From the IMG/VR virus record IMGVR_UViG_3300046170_000391: a DNA stretch of 64,000 nt. One strand, 5' to 3'. Source of the DNA: a virus. Every line of letters begins with the position of its first letter. The first letter of the stretch is position 1. Below, piece by piece: positions 47,054 through 57,692 of this stretch. The notes beneath the pieces are model-generated. The model worked only from the letters and a program-made list of their open reading frames with translations, did no database searches and was not told where the DNA came from. The position numbers and the translations under genes were made by a program.

Positions 47054-47874
47054 TGAAAAAATCACTATCAGAGATGAAACCACCAAAGCCAGTAGTAGAA
47101 GGTGAGAAAAAAGTTACATCTTTTGGCGCTTTTTCACAAGTTGAAGGTGATCAAGCTACAATTGATTTGAATAAATTAAGAGAGTACAATGTATTCTTTG
47201 CAACTCCTTGTTATGGGGGCATGTTAACAGATCAATTCTTCTTATCGATGTTTAGGATGAGCCAAGCTTTTATTCAGCATGGTATCAATTTTAGGATTAC
47301 TACACTTCGTAACGAATCTCTGGTTACGCGTGCAAGGAATATCTTAACTGCGATGTTTCTTGAGTCTGACTGTACACATTTGATGTTTATTGATTCTGAT
47401 ATTGAATTTGACGTAGAGTCTATTCTAAGAGCCTTAGCGTATGACAAACCCATAATGGCAGCGGCATACCCTAAAAAAGCACTACCAATTCAATATGCAA
47501 TTAATTTCAAGTTCGTTGATGCTGAAACTAGAAAAATTAGAATTGAAAATGGAGCTGTAGAAGTACTTGACGCATCTACTGGTTTCTTTCTTGTAAAAAG
47601 AGAGACAGTCGAAAAGATGTGTCAAGCATACCCAGAACTTCATTATCGTAATGATTCTAACATTGACGAAAAGTTCAATAAACATTGCTATGCACTATTC
47701 GATACTTGGTTAGACCCTGATGATAATCGTTATCTTTCTGAAGACTATACTTTCTGTCGTAGATGGCAAAAGATTGGGGGAGAAATTTGGTTAGATCCAA
47801 ATACGAAACTGAATCATGTTGGAAGTTACACTTTTGAGGGTGATGTCGGTATGATCATTAACAAGAAAAACTAA
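47053..47874 (+). CDS. Phage glycosyltransferase-like protein (GT-A)
   Basis: ATPCYGG, ESLVTRARN, FIDSDI, LSEDYTFCRRW. Confidence 0.7.
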   Translation: MKKSLSEMKPPKPVVEGEKKVTSFGAFSQVEGDQATIDLNKLREYNVFFATPCYGGMLTDQFFLSMFRMSQAFIQHGINFRITTLRNESLVTRARNILTAMFLESDCTHLMFIDSDIEFDVESILRALAYDKPIMAAAYPKKALPIQYAINFKFVDAETRKIRIENGAVEVLDASTGFFLVKRETVEKMCQAYPELHYRNDSNIDEKFNKHCYALFDTWLDPDDNRYLSEDYTFCRRWQKIGGEIWLDPNTKLNHVGSYTFEGDVGMIINKKN

Positions 47875-47878
47875 AAAT

Positions 47879-48016
47879 AAGGCGTAGTTCTGGCGTGGCT
47901 AAGGCTATGTGGAACTACGTTCCTTGCTGCGGCACTACGTGCCGACGCTAACACACATAGGCAAGTCGTGTTCAACAGCTTTTCACCTGCCGGTGTAGCG
48001 CTGTTCACAAGCTAGT
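47879..48016. other. GC-rich multi-hairpin intergenic element (candidate ncRNA or origin)
   Basis: About 55% GC over 47881-48010 in an AT-rich genome; several perfect stems; strand ambiguous. Confidence 0.6.
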
Positions 48017-48022
48017 AAACAT

Positions 48023-48051
48023 AAATTAGCATATATTTTGAGGAGAGGCAA
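48023..48051 (-). promoter_or_regulatory. Possible antisense promoter reading into the structured element
   Basis: TTGCCT-N17-TAATTT with TG extension; overlaps D12 SD. Confidence 0.4.
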
Positions 48052-48057
48052 ATTCAA

Positions 48058-49020
48058 ATGACTAAGATTATCTGTTCTGCAGATTGGCACATAAATTTAC
48101 ACAAGAAAAAAGTACCTTACGAATGGCAAGTTAGTAGGTTTAAAGCAATGTTCCGTAAACTTATCGCACTTGAACAAAGTTGTGATGTACATATTATAGC
48201 TGGTGACATATTTGATAAAAAACCAGAACCAGATGAAATCTGTTTGTTTCTAAGCTATATCAATTCTGTCACAATACCAACCTACATCATTCCAGGAAAT
48301 CATGAAGCCACTAAAAAAGGAGAATCTTTCTTTGAACATTTTAATGAAGATAATGCCATCAAAAATGAGAACGTCAATTTATTTACTAGAAACGGACGTG
48401 CGACTGTGGGTAAAACGTCGTTTCAATTCTACCCGTATGGCGAAATGCAGCTCGATAATCTACCAACATATGTCAACGATGATATATTGGTTACGCATAT
48501 TCGTGGAGAAGTGCCTCCGCATATTACGCCGGAATATGATTTCTCCCGTCTCTCCCCTTGGGGCTTATGTCTACTTGGCGATCTACACTTTAATCATCGT
48601 TATGGCGACACTAACTGTTACTATCCTGGTTCTCCGTTAAACACTACATTTGATCGTGATGAACATCGTGAATATGGAGTAGATATTTTTAACGTAGTAG
48701 ATTCACACAACTACACACGTGAGTTCTATGACTTAAAACTACCTAAACTTATACGCCGTAAGATTGCTGTTGGAGAAGAAATGCGCCCTGCTGAGTATGA
48801 CCATGTGGTATATGAAGTTACTGGATCTCTGGATCAACTAGCTAAGATGGAAAATTCTGAGTTGCTAGATAAAAAGATGGTAGAAAAGCCAGCGGAGGAG
48901 TCCACCCTTGATCTTAAAAATAAAACAATTTATGAAGAACTAGAGATTTATCTTAAGCATATTAAAGTTGCAGATACAGAACAAGTACTAACGGAGTTCA
49001 AATCTCTAAATGCCCTCTGA
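48058..49020 (+). CDS. D12: Mre11/SbcD-like nuclease (T5 D12)
   Basis: SADWH, AGDIFD, PGNHE, GDLH, YPGS. Confidence 0.88.
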   Translation: MTKIICSADWHINLHKKKVPYEWQVSRFKAMFRKLIALEQSCDVHIIAGDIFDKKPEPDEICLFLSYINSVTIPTYIIPGNHEATKKGESFFEHFNEDNAIKNENVNLFTRNGRATVGKTSFQFYPYGEMQLDNLPTYVNDDILVTHIRGEVPPHITPEYDFSRLSPWGLCLLGDLHFNHRYGDTNCYYPGSPLNTTFDRDEHREYGVDIFNVVDSHNYTREFYDLKLPKLIRRKIAVGEEMRPAEYDHVVYEVTGSLDQLAKMENSELLDKKMVEKPAEESTLDLKNKTIYEELEIYLKHIKVADTEQVLTEFKSLNAL

Positions 49021-49831
49021 TTTATCTTTAAACCGCGTTTATTGGGAATATCCCCAAAGTGGTACTTATCTTCGCCCTCAATATAATTATTGTTGTACTT
49101 CGTTTATTCCCTCACTAGGAGTTAGGGCTAACATACCTGAGTACTCAAAGCGTAGTTCATCTTTTAGAGAAGACCTCAAAAAGTTAGCGGTTTCTTTTGC
49201 AGAAAAATATAAAGACCATCGTTTCGTATTAGCCTTGTCAGGAGGTATAGATTCTGAGGTTACAGCAGAACAGTTTTATGAACTAAATATCCCTTTTCGT
49301 GGATTATCTCTAAGATTATTTGATGGAACTAATGATCATGATATTTTATGTGCGGCTAAGTACTGTAGAGATAGAGAGATACCGCTAAAAATTGTGAATC
49401 TAGGATGGGATAGGATGATAGATGAAACTATACCAGACGCAGTTGAGCGCGGACAGTTTACCCACGCATATTCACAGATTGCACTCACCCACCTATTTCA
49501 ACACGTTGATGAGGATGAAATATTAATATTTTCAGGGCATAATCCTGACTTTCATAGAGGTATTGGTGTAGGTTGGTGGGAGGACTCTCCTAACATGGTT
49601 AAGTATGCTATCTCTAAAAGTAAAAAATTCTTTACTTTTACATCGCTCGAACCAATCTTTTGTCACTATGCAGCTAACTTCGATGATACACAGCCTGGAG
49701 ACAAGAATAATGATTTTATTTATGAAGCATTCCCACAACTCAAACGTAGAGTCAAAATGACAGGATGGGAAAAGAATGCTAAAATTATACCAGACTTAGA
49801 AGATAGAATTAGAGAATGTTCTACACTATAG
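49010..49831 (+). CDS. PP-loop (adenine nucleotide alpha-hydrolase) protein
   Basis: LALSGGIDSE; 3' end runs into an error-rich region. Confidence 0.6.
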   Translation: MPSDLSLNRVYWEYPQSGTYLRPQYNYCCTSFIPSLGVRANIPEYSKRSSSFREDLKKLAVSFAEKYKDHRFVLALSGGIDSEVTAEQFYELNIPFRGLSLRLFDGTNDHDILCAAKYCRDREIPLKIVNLGWDRMIDETIPDAVERGQFTHAYSQIALTHLFQHVDEDEILIFSGHNPDFHRGIGVGWWEDSPNMVKYAISKSKKFFTFTSLEPIFCHYAANFDDTQPGDKNNDFIYEAFPQLKRRVKMTGWEKNAKIIPDLEDRIRECSTL

Positions 49832-49913
49832 ACGAGCAATCATTTATTACATGGGAAAGATTTACCTTAAATTTTATGAGAGAATTTTTATGAAAGGAAA
49901 TTAAAGGATCACT

Positions 49914-51738
49914 ATGAGTAACATAGTATTAAAACATTAAAATTTTCTAATATGTTTAGTTATGGAAAAGATAATGTAATTGATTTATCATAAAATCGTA
50001 TTACACAACTTACTGCACCTAATGGTAGTGGTAAATCTTCTATTGCGATGATTATTCAAGAAGCTACTATTTAATAAAAACTTAAAGGAATTAAGAAAAC
50101 TGATATTCTTAATCGTTGGACAAAGATAAGTCTTGGTCTACGCTCACTTACTTTTACTAAGATCGATAATGATTATGAAGTTATAGTTACAGATCAGGGG
50201 CACAAACTAAAGTTAACTTAATTGAAAATGGTATTGATATATCGGATCATAAAGTACTAGATACTTACAAAAAAATTGCAGATATTATAGGCACAGATTT
50301 TGAGGTATTTTCACAGCTTACATATCAATCATCTACAGATTTACTAGAGTTCTTAAAGGCCACCGATGCTAATAGAAAGAAATTCTTAATCAATTTATTT
50401 AACCTAGAGAAGTATATTACTATTGGAGAAAAAATTAAGTCTAAGTCCACAGAAACTGATAGAGAATATAATAGGCTTATCGGTGAGCTAAAAACTATTG
50501 AAGATTTTCTTGCCCTCACCTCAATACCTACTAAGAAAACTGAGCAAGAAGTACCTGAAGTTAATGAAGCACTACAAAGACAGATAGGCGTACTACAGCA
50601 AGAATTACAAAATTACGAATCAACATGTAAAAAAATTGATCGTAATAATATGTACATAGAAGAGCGAGATACCCTAGATTTCAACCCTGGAATGACTGTC
50701 CCAGATGAGTTTTTATACTATGATGAGTATCAAACACTAAAACAAGATTTAATCATGTTACAACGAGATATGCATAAAATTAAAAGTGACATAGGTAATA
50801 TAAGAGTTAACGATACCTGCCCATCTTGTGGACAAACTATTGACACTTCTCACCTTGAAAAACTAAAAGCAGATTTAGAAGATCAGCTAAATGAAAAAAC
50901 AACTCTATATTCAGAAGGAATGACCAAAGCTACTAAATGGTCTAATGAAGTAAAAGAAATTGAAAATAAAAAACTAGAATATAATGAGAATAAAAGAAAA
51001 ATTGAAAGATTCGAGCATTTGTCACAGTTAATTGATTCTTCTATTCCAAATGAGTATCCTGATATAGGCAACATTGAAACAAGGATTAAAGATTTACAAA
51101 GTGAATATAACATTCAATCAAGAGAGTCTAAAGTAGCGCAAGAACATAATAAACAAGTCGGAATCCACAATGCGAGAGTAGACGCCCTAATTGACCAAAA
51201 AAATGATTTTACTGTTAGACAACAAAGTGTGAAAGATGATACTCTAACTAAATCAAATCAGATAAATTCTTTAAATATTCTTAAAAAAGCCTTTAGCACG
51301 TCTGGTATCGTAGCATTTAAGCTTGAGAATTTAACTAAAGAACTAGAAGTTTCGATAAATTATTATTTATCAATATTAAGTGATGGTCAATTTCAAGTAG
51401 AATTTAAACTTGATAAAGAAAAACTAAACATATCCGTTATCAATAACGGAATCGCAACACCAATAGAAACTGTGTCAGGAGGTGAATTCTCAAGAATTCA
51501 GACCTCCATTCTTTTAGCTATTAGAAGTCTGCTATCGAAACTAGGTGGTAGTAGTGTTAACCTTCTATTCCTTGATGAGATTACTGGTGTTCTTGACGAT
51601 GAAGGAAAAGAGAAACTAGTAGAGGTTCTTCAAAAAGAAGGTAATCTTAATGTATTTCTCATTTCACATGATTTTACCCATCCATTAATTGATAAAGTTT
51701 CTATCGTTAAAGACGATAATATAAGTTCTATACAGTAA
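49914..51738 (+). CDS. D13: Rad50/SbcC-like ATPase (T5 D13); 5' ~300 nt has several apparent indels
   Basis: FSNMFSYG and Walker A PNGSGKS near 50020 in broken frames; open from ~50218; zinc hook CPSCG, VSGGE, LFLDE, ISH. Confidence 0.85.
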
Positions 51739-51747
51739 GGAAGTCAA

Positions 51748-54030
51748 ATGACTGAAGTTATTAAACGTGATAATACACGTGAGTCTTTAAATATTGAAAA
51801 ACTACATAAAGTAGTTACTTTTGCTTGTGAAGATATTGCCGGTGTCAGTGCAAGTGAGGTAGAGATTCATTCACAGATTCAATTCTTTGACGGTATTAAA
51901 ACTGAAGATGTACAAGAAACATTAATCAAATCAGCAGCAGATTTGATCTCTGAAGAAACTCCTAATTATCAATGGGTCGCAGGACGCTTAATTAACTATC
52001 ACTTACGTAAAATGGTTTACGGACAATTCGATCCTTGGGATTTATACACGTTAGTTACAAAAAACGTTGAAAATGGATTCTATGATAAGCATATTCTTAA
52101 TTCGTATACTAAAGCAGAATTTAGTAAACTAAATAGTTATATAAAACATCAAAGAGATAATACCTTAACTTATGCAGCTATGGAACAGTTTAGAGGAAAA
52201 TATCTAGTCCAAAACCGTGTCACTAAACAAATATTTGAAACCCCACAAATGGCTTATATGCTTATTGCTATGACACTTTTTCAAAGTTATCCTAAAGAAA
52301 CAAGAATTAAGTGGGTGAAAGATTATTACGATGCAATATCTACATTTGATTTATCGTTGCCCACTCCTGTTATGGCAGGGGTACGCACTCCACAAAGACA
52401 ATTTTCTTCCTGCGTTCTTATCGAAACAGATGATTCGCTGGATAGTATTAATGCTAGTACTAGCTCAATTGTTAAGTATGTCAGTCAAAAAGCAGGCATC
52501 GGCATCGGAGCTGGTAGAATTAGAGCCCTTGGAAGCCCAATCCGAAGTGGGGATGCTTACCATACAGGAGTTATTCCGTTCTATAAAATGTTTCAAAGTG
52601 CGACACGATCCTGCTCTCAAGGCGGTGTGCGAAATGGTGCCGCCACCTTGTACTACCCAATCTGGCATCTGGAAGTTGAAGATCTCTTGGTGTTGAAAAA
52701 TAATAAAGGCACTGAAGATAATAGGGTTCGTCACATGGACTACGGAGTTCAGTTTAATAAACTGATGTATGAAAGATTACTTTCTGGAGGAGATATCACA
52801 CTATTTTCTCCAAGCGATGTTCCTGGTTTGTATGAGGCGTTTTTTAATGATCAAGAACAGTTTAAGTATTTATATGAAAAAGCTGAAGTGCATCCTAGTA
52901 TCCGTAAGAAGACTATTCCTGCAATTGAGTTATTTTCATCTTTTATGGAAGAACGCAAAAATACAGGACGTATCTATTTGATGAACGTAGATCATGCAAA
53001 CACACACTCCTCCTTTGAGGAGACTATTGCTCCCGTGCATCAATCAAATTTGTGTTGTGAAATCAACCTACCTACAAAACCTTTAAATGATTTTAATGAC
53101 GAGCAAGGAGAGATTGCATTATGTACCCTTTCTGCAATTAACTGGGGTAAAATCAAAAAACCAGAAGACTTTGCAAAACCATGTGAATTAGCAGTGCGTG
53201 GTCTAGATGCCTTGCTGGACTACCAAGACTATCCTGTGAAAGCTGCATACAATGCTACAATGAATCGTAGACCTCTTGGTGTTGGAATTATTAATCTTGC
53301 ATACTGGCTAGCAAAAAATGGAACTAATTATCAGGATCCAGACTTAGAGTTAGTCAATAGATATGCAGAAGCATGGAGTTACTATCTGATCAAAGCTAGT
53401 GCAGATTTAGCACAAGAACAAGGAGCGTGCTTAAGAAGTAATGAAACTAAGTATGCCAATGGAAGACTACCTATCGATACCTATAAAACAGATATAGACG
53501 AACTGGTAGCTCCTACATATATGATGGATTGGAGTGATTTACGAGAACAAATGCAGATTCATGGTATTCGTAATTCAACCCTCATGGCTCTTATGCCTTC
53601 CGAAACATCTGCACAAATATCTAATGCTACTAATGGTGTTGAGCCTCCTCGTTCGTTTGTGTCTGTTAAACAATCAAAAGACGGAGTATTAAAACAAGTG
53701 GTTCCAGGTATACATAAGCTAAGAAATAAATATGACCTGTTGTGGGATCAACGTTCCCCTCAAGGATACTTAAAAATTATGGCTATTCTTCAAAAATACA
53801 TTGATCAAGGAATTAGTGTTAATACTAGTTACAATCCTACGTTTTTTGAAGATGAAAAAATACCAATGAGCACCATGATTCAAGACTTACTAATGTTTTA
53901 CAAATATGGTGGAAAACAACTATATTATTTTAATACTTTTGATGGTCAAGGCGAAATAGATATTAACAAACTTGATGACTTACCACAAGAAGAAATTGAT
54001 GACGCTGACTGCGACAGTTGCGTATTATAA
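51748..54030 (+). CDS. nrdA: Class Ia ribonucleotide reductase alpha subunit (ATP cone)
   Basis: VIKRD, FSSCVL, SNLCCEI, KQLYY, CDSC. Confidence 0.97.
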   Translation: MTEVIKRDNTRESLNIEKLHKVVTFACEDIAGVSASEVEIHSQIQFFDGIKTEDVQETLIKSAADLISEETPNYQWVAGRLINYHLRKMVYGQFDPWDLYTLVTKNVENGFYDKHILNSYTKAEFSKLNSYIKHQRDNTLTYAAMEQFRGKYLVQNRVTKQIFETPQMAYMLIAMTLFQSYPKETRIKWVKDYYDAISTFDLSLPTPVMAGVRTPQRQFSSCVLIETDDSLDSINASTSSIVKYVSQKAGIGIGAGRIRALGSPIRSGDAYHTGVIPFYKMFQSATRSCSQGGVRNGAATLYYPIWHLEVEDLLVLKNNKGTEDNRVRHMDYGVQFNKLMYERLLSGGDITLFSPSDVPGLYEAFFNDQEQFKYLYEKAEVHPSIRKKTIPAIELFSSFMEERKNTGRIYLMNVDHANTHSSFEETIAPVHQSNLCCEINLPTKPLNDFNDEQGEIALCTLSAINWGKIKKPEDFAKPCELAVRGLDALLDYQDYPVKAAYNATMNRRPLGVGIINLAYWLAKNGTNYQDPDLELVNRYAEAWSYYLIKASADLAQEQGACLRSNETKYANGRLPIDTYKTDIDELVAPTYMMDWSDLREQMQIHGIRNSTLMALMPSETSAQISNATNGVEPPRSFVSVKQSKDGVLKQVVPGIHKLRNKYDLLWDQRSPQGYLKIMAILQKYIDQGISVNTSYNPTFFEDEKIPMSTMIQDLLMFYKYGGKQLYYFNTFDGQGEIDINKLDDLPQEEIDDADCDSCVL

Positions 54031-54040
54031 GGAAAAAACA

Positions 54041-55216
54041 ATGACAGTACTAAATACAAGTTCATACGATCACACTGAATCAAAAATGTTCTTTGATGAT
54101 GCACTCGGAATGCAAAGATTTGACACACTTAAATACAGAGCCTTTGATAAACTTACAGATAAACAACTTGGTTTCTTTTGGAGACCAGAAGAAATAGATA
54201 TTCTTCGTGATGCTGCGGATTTTAAAAATCTTACAGAACATGAGCAGCACATATTCACTTCTAATCTAAAACGCCAGATCGTGTTAGACTCAGTTCAAGG
54301 ACGTGCTCCCGCAGAAAGTTTTGGTTCTATCGTGTCTTTACCAGAGCTTGAAAACTGGATTATTACTTGGACATTTAGCGAAACTATTCACTCTCGCTCT
54401 TATACACATATCATACGTAATATCTACCCTAATCCTTCAAAAATATTTGATGAGATGATGGATATTCAAGAGATTGTAGATTGTGCAGATTCAATTTCTG
54501 AACACTATGACGATTTGATAGAAATGACAAAGTGGTATCAACTATTTGGAGAAGGTAACCATGCGGTTGTAAGCCAAGAAGACTGTGATCCTGTAGACGG
54601 GATGAAGCTTGGAATTGTCCAAAGAAATAAAAGCAAATCTATTTCTTTGTATGAGTTAAAAAAGAAGCTATATCTTTGTATGGCTAGTGTTAACATCCTA
54701 GAAGGTGTACGTTTCTATGTTTCATTTGCTTGCTCCTGGGCATTTGCTGAACTTAAGAAGATGGAAGGTAATGCTAAAATTATCAAGTTGATCGCCCGTG
54801 ATGAAAATGTACACCTTGGTTCTACTCAGCAGATTCTAAAGCTACTACCACAAGATGATCCTGATTTTGCTAAAATTGCAAAAGAGTGCGAGCAAGAAGT
54901 CGTTAATATGTTCGTAGAGGCAGTTAACCAAGAAAAAGAGTGGGCTAATTATTTATTCAAAGATGGCTCAATGATCGGTCTCAATACACAACTATTGTCA
55001 GACTACATAGAATGGATTGCACACAAACGAATGACTGCTATTGGAGTAAAGTGCCCTTATTCAGTACCGCGTGCTAACCCATTACCTTGGACACAAAAAT
55101 GGATTTCAGGTGCTGAAGTTCAAGTAGCTCCACAAGAAACAGAAATTTCCAGTTATGTAATTGGAGGAACCAAACAAGACGTATCAAAAGATACATTTAA
55201 AGGATTTTCTTTATGA
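54041..55216 (+). CDS. nrdB: Class Ia ribonucleotide reductase beta subunit
   Basis: FFWRPEE, ETIHSRSY, EGVRFYVSF, RDENVH, APQETEISSY. Confidence 0.97.
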   Translation: MTVLNTSSYDHTESKMFFDDALGMQRFDTLKYRAFDKLTDKQLGFFWRPEEIDILRDAADFKNLTEHEQHIFTSNLKRQIVLDSVQGRAPAESFGSIVSLPELENWIITWTFSETIHSRSYTHIIRNIYPNPSKIFDEMMDIQEIVDCADSISEHYDDLIEMTKWYQLFGEGNHAVVSQEDCDPVDGMKLGIVQRNKSKSISLYELKKKLYLCMASVNILEGVRFYVSFACSWAFAELKKMEGNAKIIKLIARDENVHLGSTQQILKLLPQDDPDFAKIAKECEQEVVNMFVEAVNQEKEWANYLFKDGSMIGLNTQLLSDYIEWIAHKRMTAIGVKCPYSVPRANPLPWTQKWISGAEVQVAPQETEISSYVIGGTKQDVSKDTFKGFSL

Positions 55217-55611
55217 TTGATCTAAATAAATATAAAGAGTTTGTTAGTGCTGTTACAAGTCAAGAGAGTAACAATGTTAGAAAACTTACAGATAAATTAC
55301 ACGAACTTGACAGAAAAATTAATATATCTTTACTAATGACTGGAGGAATTGGTCTAGCTTCAGAAGGTGGTGAATTTAATGAGATCGTAAAAAAGTGCGT
55401 GTTTCAAGGTAAGCCTTTAGATGATGATACAATTTTTCATATGAAGCGTGAGCTGGGAGATATTATATGGTACTGGGTAAATGCTTGTAGAGCACTAGAA
55501 CTAGATCCTAATGATGTCGTAGCAGAAAATGTTAAAAAACTTGAGTCTAGATATCCTCATGGAGAATTCGATGTTCATTATTCAGAAAATCGTCAAGAAG
55601 GCGACCTATGA
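55213..55611 (+). CDS. MazG-like NTP pyrophosphohydrolase
   Basis: GLASEGGEFNEIVKK, ELGDIIWY. Confidence 0.85.
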   Translation: MIDLNKYKEFVSAVTSQESNNVRKLTDKLHELDRKINISLLMTGGIGLASEGGEFNEIVKKCVFQGKPLDDDTIFHMKRELGDIIWYWVNACRALELDPNDVVAENVKKLESRYPHGEFDVHYSENRQEGDL

Positions 55612-55844
55612 TGAAAATAATAATCTGGAGTAAACCAGATTGTCCATTTTGTGTGCGGGCTAAACACGAGTGTGATAAACGTGGGATTGCTTATGATGAA
55701 AAATTAATTGGATTTAATGGTTTAACCAAAGAAGATTTATTAAGTGTTGCCCCCAATGCAAGGTCAGTTCCACAAATATTTATTGATGGAGAATTGATCG
55801 GAGGTTATAATGAATTAATGAAATCGGGGATACTCGATTCTTAA
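55608..55844 (+). CDS. Glutaredoxin
   Basis: CPFC, SVPQIF, GGY. Confidence 0.92.
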   Translation: MMKIIIWSKPDCPFCVRAKHECDKRGIAYDEKLIGFNGLTKEDLLSVAPNARSVPQIFIDGELIGGYNELMKSGILDS

Positions 55845-55861
55845 TAAAGGAGAAGTAGCGT

Positions 55862-56566
55862 TTGGCTAACGGCAACGGTAACGGGCAAAAGCCCCTCAAA
55901 AAAGTCAGAATTGACGATCTCTTAACATTCTCACCCATTACAGATAATCAACAAAAAACATATAATGCCTATAAAAGTGATAAACATCTACTATTACACG
56001 GAATAGCTGGTACAGGAAAAACATTTCTATCTTTATACTTAGCACTAGAAGAAGTGTTAGATCCTTCTACTGTATTTAACGACGTATTTATTGTTCGTTC
56101 AGTTGTTTCTACTAGAGACATCGGATTTTTACCTGGTGATGAGCAAGATAAAGTATCTTTGTACGAAGCACCTTATCGATCAATATGTAGTGAATTATTT
56201 AATTATAAAGAATCATATGATGCTCTTAAACAACAAGGTAATGTAAAATTTATGAGTACCTCATTTATCAGAGGAATCACTATTAATAATGCTGTTGTTA
56301 TAGTAGATGAATGTCAGAATTTAAATTTTCATGAATTAGACAGTATTATTACACGCATTGGTAAAAACTCAAAAATTATATTCTGTGGTGATTATACTCA
56401 AACAGATTTAACAAGAGATAATGATAAACGTGGTATAGTAAACTTTATGAAGATATTGAAATCTATTAAAGAATTTGAAACTATTGAGTTTGGTATAGAC
56501 GATATTGTAAGGAGTGATTTTTTAAAATCATATATTATAGCTAAATACAAGTTTGGGTATGCGTAG
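55862..56566 (+). CDS. phoH: PhoH-like ATPase
   Basis: GIAGTGKT, GFLPG, FIRG, DECQN, GDYTQTD, DIVRS. Confidence 0.93.
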   Translation: MANGNGNGQKPLKKVRIDDLLTFSPITDNQQKTYNAYKSDKHLLLHGIAGTGKTFLSLYLALEEVLDPSTVFNDVFIVRSVVSTRDIGFLPGDEQDKVSLYEAPYRSICSELFNYKESYDALKQQGNVKFMSTSFIRGITINNAVVIVDECQNLNFHELDSIITRIGKNSKIIFCGDYTQTDLTRDNDKRGIVNFMKILKSIKEFETIEFGIDDIVRSDFLKSYIIAKYKFGYA

Positions 56567-57692
56567 AGAGATAAATTTTTTAATTGATAACATTGATCCT
56601 GATTATGGGATTACAAATAATGTTTTTGGTAAAATTGAAAAAAATCACACACATATATTAGAGAAAATTATAGACCATGTATTTTCTGGATTCACCATTA
56701 AATATATTCCATCTTATTTTTATAATCATGTTAATCACTGGATTTACCCAATTCTTTTCTCAACAAATAATTACGTGTACTTAAACTCACTTTTTAATTT
56801 CGGACATGACTCACTATCTATTTATGATAATATTCCTAAACAAATTGTAAAAGAGTTGAAAAACAAAAAAGGTAAACTACTTATAATAATATGTGAACCT
56901 TTTCCAGACATTAGACAATTTGTTAGAATTTGTAATAGTAAATTTAATGATGTTTTGTTTATGACAATCCACCATACGGACGCGCCTAATTTTTTTAGAA
57001 TTAACACGTTTCCGCTGGACATCGAATATACAATAAGAAACGTTGACGTAGATGATATCTCTACATACCCTAACAGAAATTTTTCAATGTTCTTAAGAAA
57101 TTACAATGAAACGTTTGAAAGAAAATTTGTCTTACATTATTTAGAAAAAAATAACTTATTATCAAAAGGTTTTGTATCGGCAGAGAATAGAGGTAAAAAT
57201 TTTAACACAGTAGAAACAATTAATGCTAATCTTTTATTTGATAATATAAAATTAACATTTAATTCTCAGGACAAAGTGTTTAACTACTTACCAATTAAAG
57301 AAGGTTTAGAAAAATCCTTATTCAATATAATAATAGAAACAGAGTATTTTTATGTTGACCATATGATCATTACAGAAAAAATTTATAGATGTTTTAAATA
57401 CAAAAAACCTTTTATAATTTTTTCTCAACACAATATAATTAAGCATTTAAATGATATGGGATTTAAAACATTTTCTCCTGTCTTTAATGAAAACTATGAT
57501 AAATGTTCAGATCCCTACAAAAGATTTAATGAATTTCTAAAAGAAGTTAAAAGATTGGGTTCAAAATCTTTTAACACACTGGATAGGGAAATAAATGAAT
57601 TAAAAAACTCATTAGAACACAATAAAAATCTTCTTACTGAATTAGAGGAAAAAACTAAAAATGAAATTTTCAGGATAGTTAATAGTGCATAA
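56559..57692 (+). CDS. Hypothetical protein related to 8376..9644
   Basis: FNIIIET..ITEKIYR..KKPF..GFKTF..DENYD-like motifs; very AT-rich. Confidence 0.55.
   Translation: MRREINFLIDNIDPDYGITNNVFGKIEKNHTHILEKIIDHVFSGFTIKYIPSYFYNHVNHWIYPILFSTNNYVYLNSLFNFGHDSLSIYDNIPKQIVKELKNKKGKLLIIICEPFPDIRQFVRICNSKFNDVLFMTIHHTDAPNFFRINTFPLDIEYTIRNVDVDDISTYPNRNFSMFLRNYNETFERKFVLHYLEKNNLLSKGFVSAENRGKNFNTVETINANLLFDNIKLTFNSQDKVFNYLPIKEGLEKSLFNIIIETEYFYVDHMIITEKIYRCFKYKKPFIIFSQHNIIKHLNDMGFKTFSPVFNENYDKCSDPYKRFNEFLKEVKRLGSKSFNTLDREINELKNSLEHNKNLLTELEEKTKNEIFRIVNSA

Noticed and set aside
47879-48016. SRP RNA, 6S RNA, hammerhead or tRNA identity for the structured element
   Set aside because: No SRP GGAA-loop motif, no single long 6S-type rod, no CUGANGA/GAAA core and no cloverleaf with CCA that I could find
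54540-54650. Insertion in NrdB as a possible intein or intron
   Set aside because: Only ~20 extra in-frame residues in a variable loop and no splicing motifs; nrdA and polA are also uninterrupted
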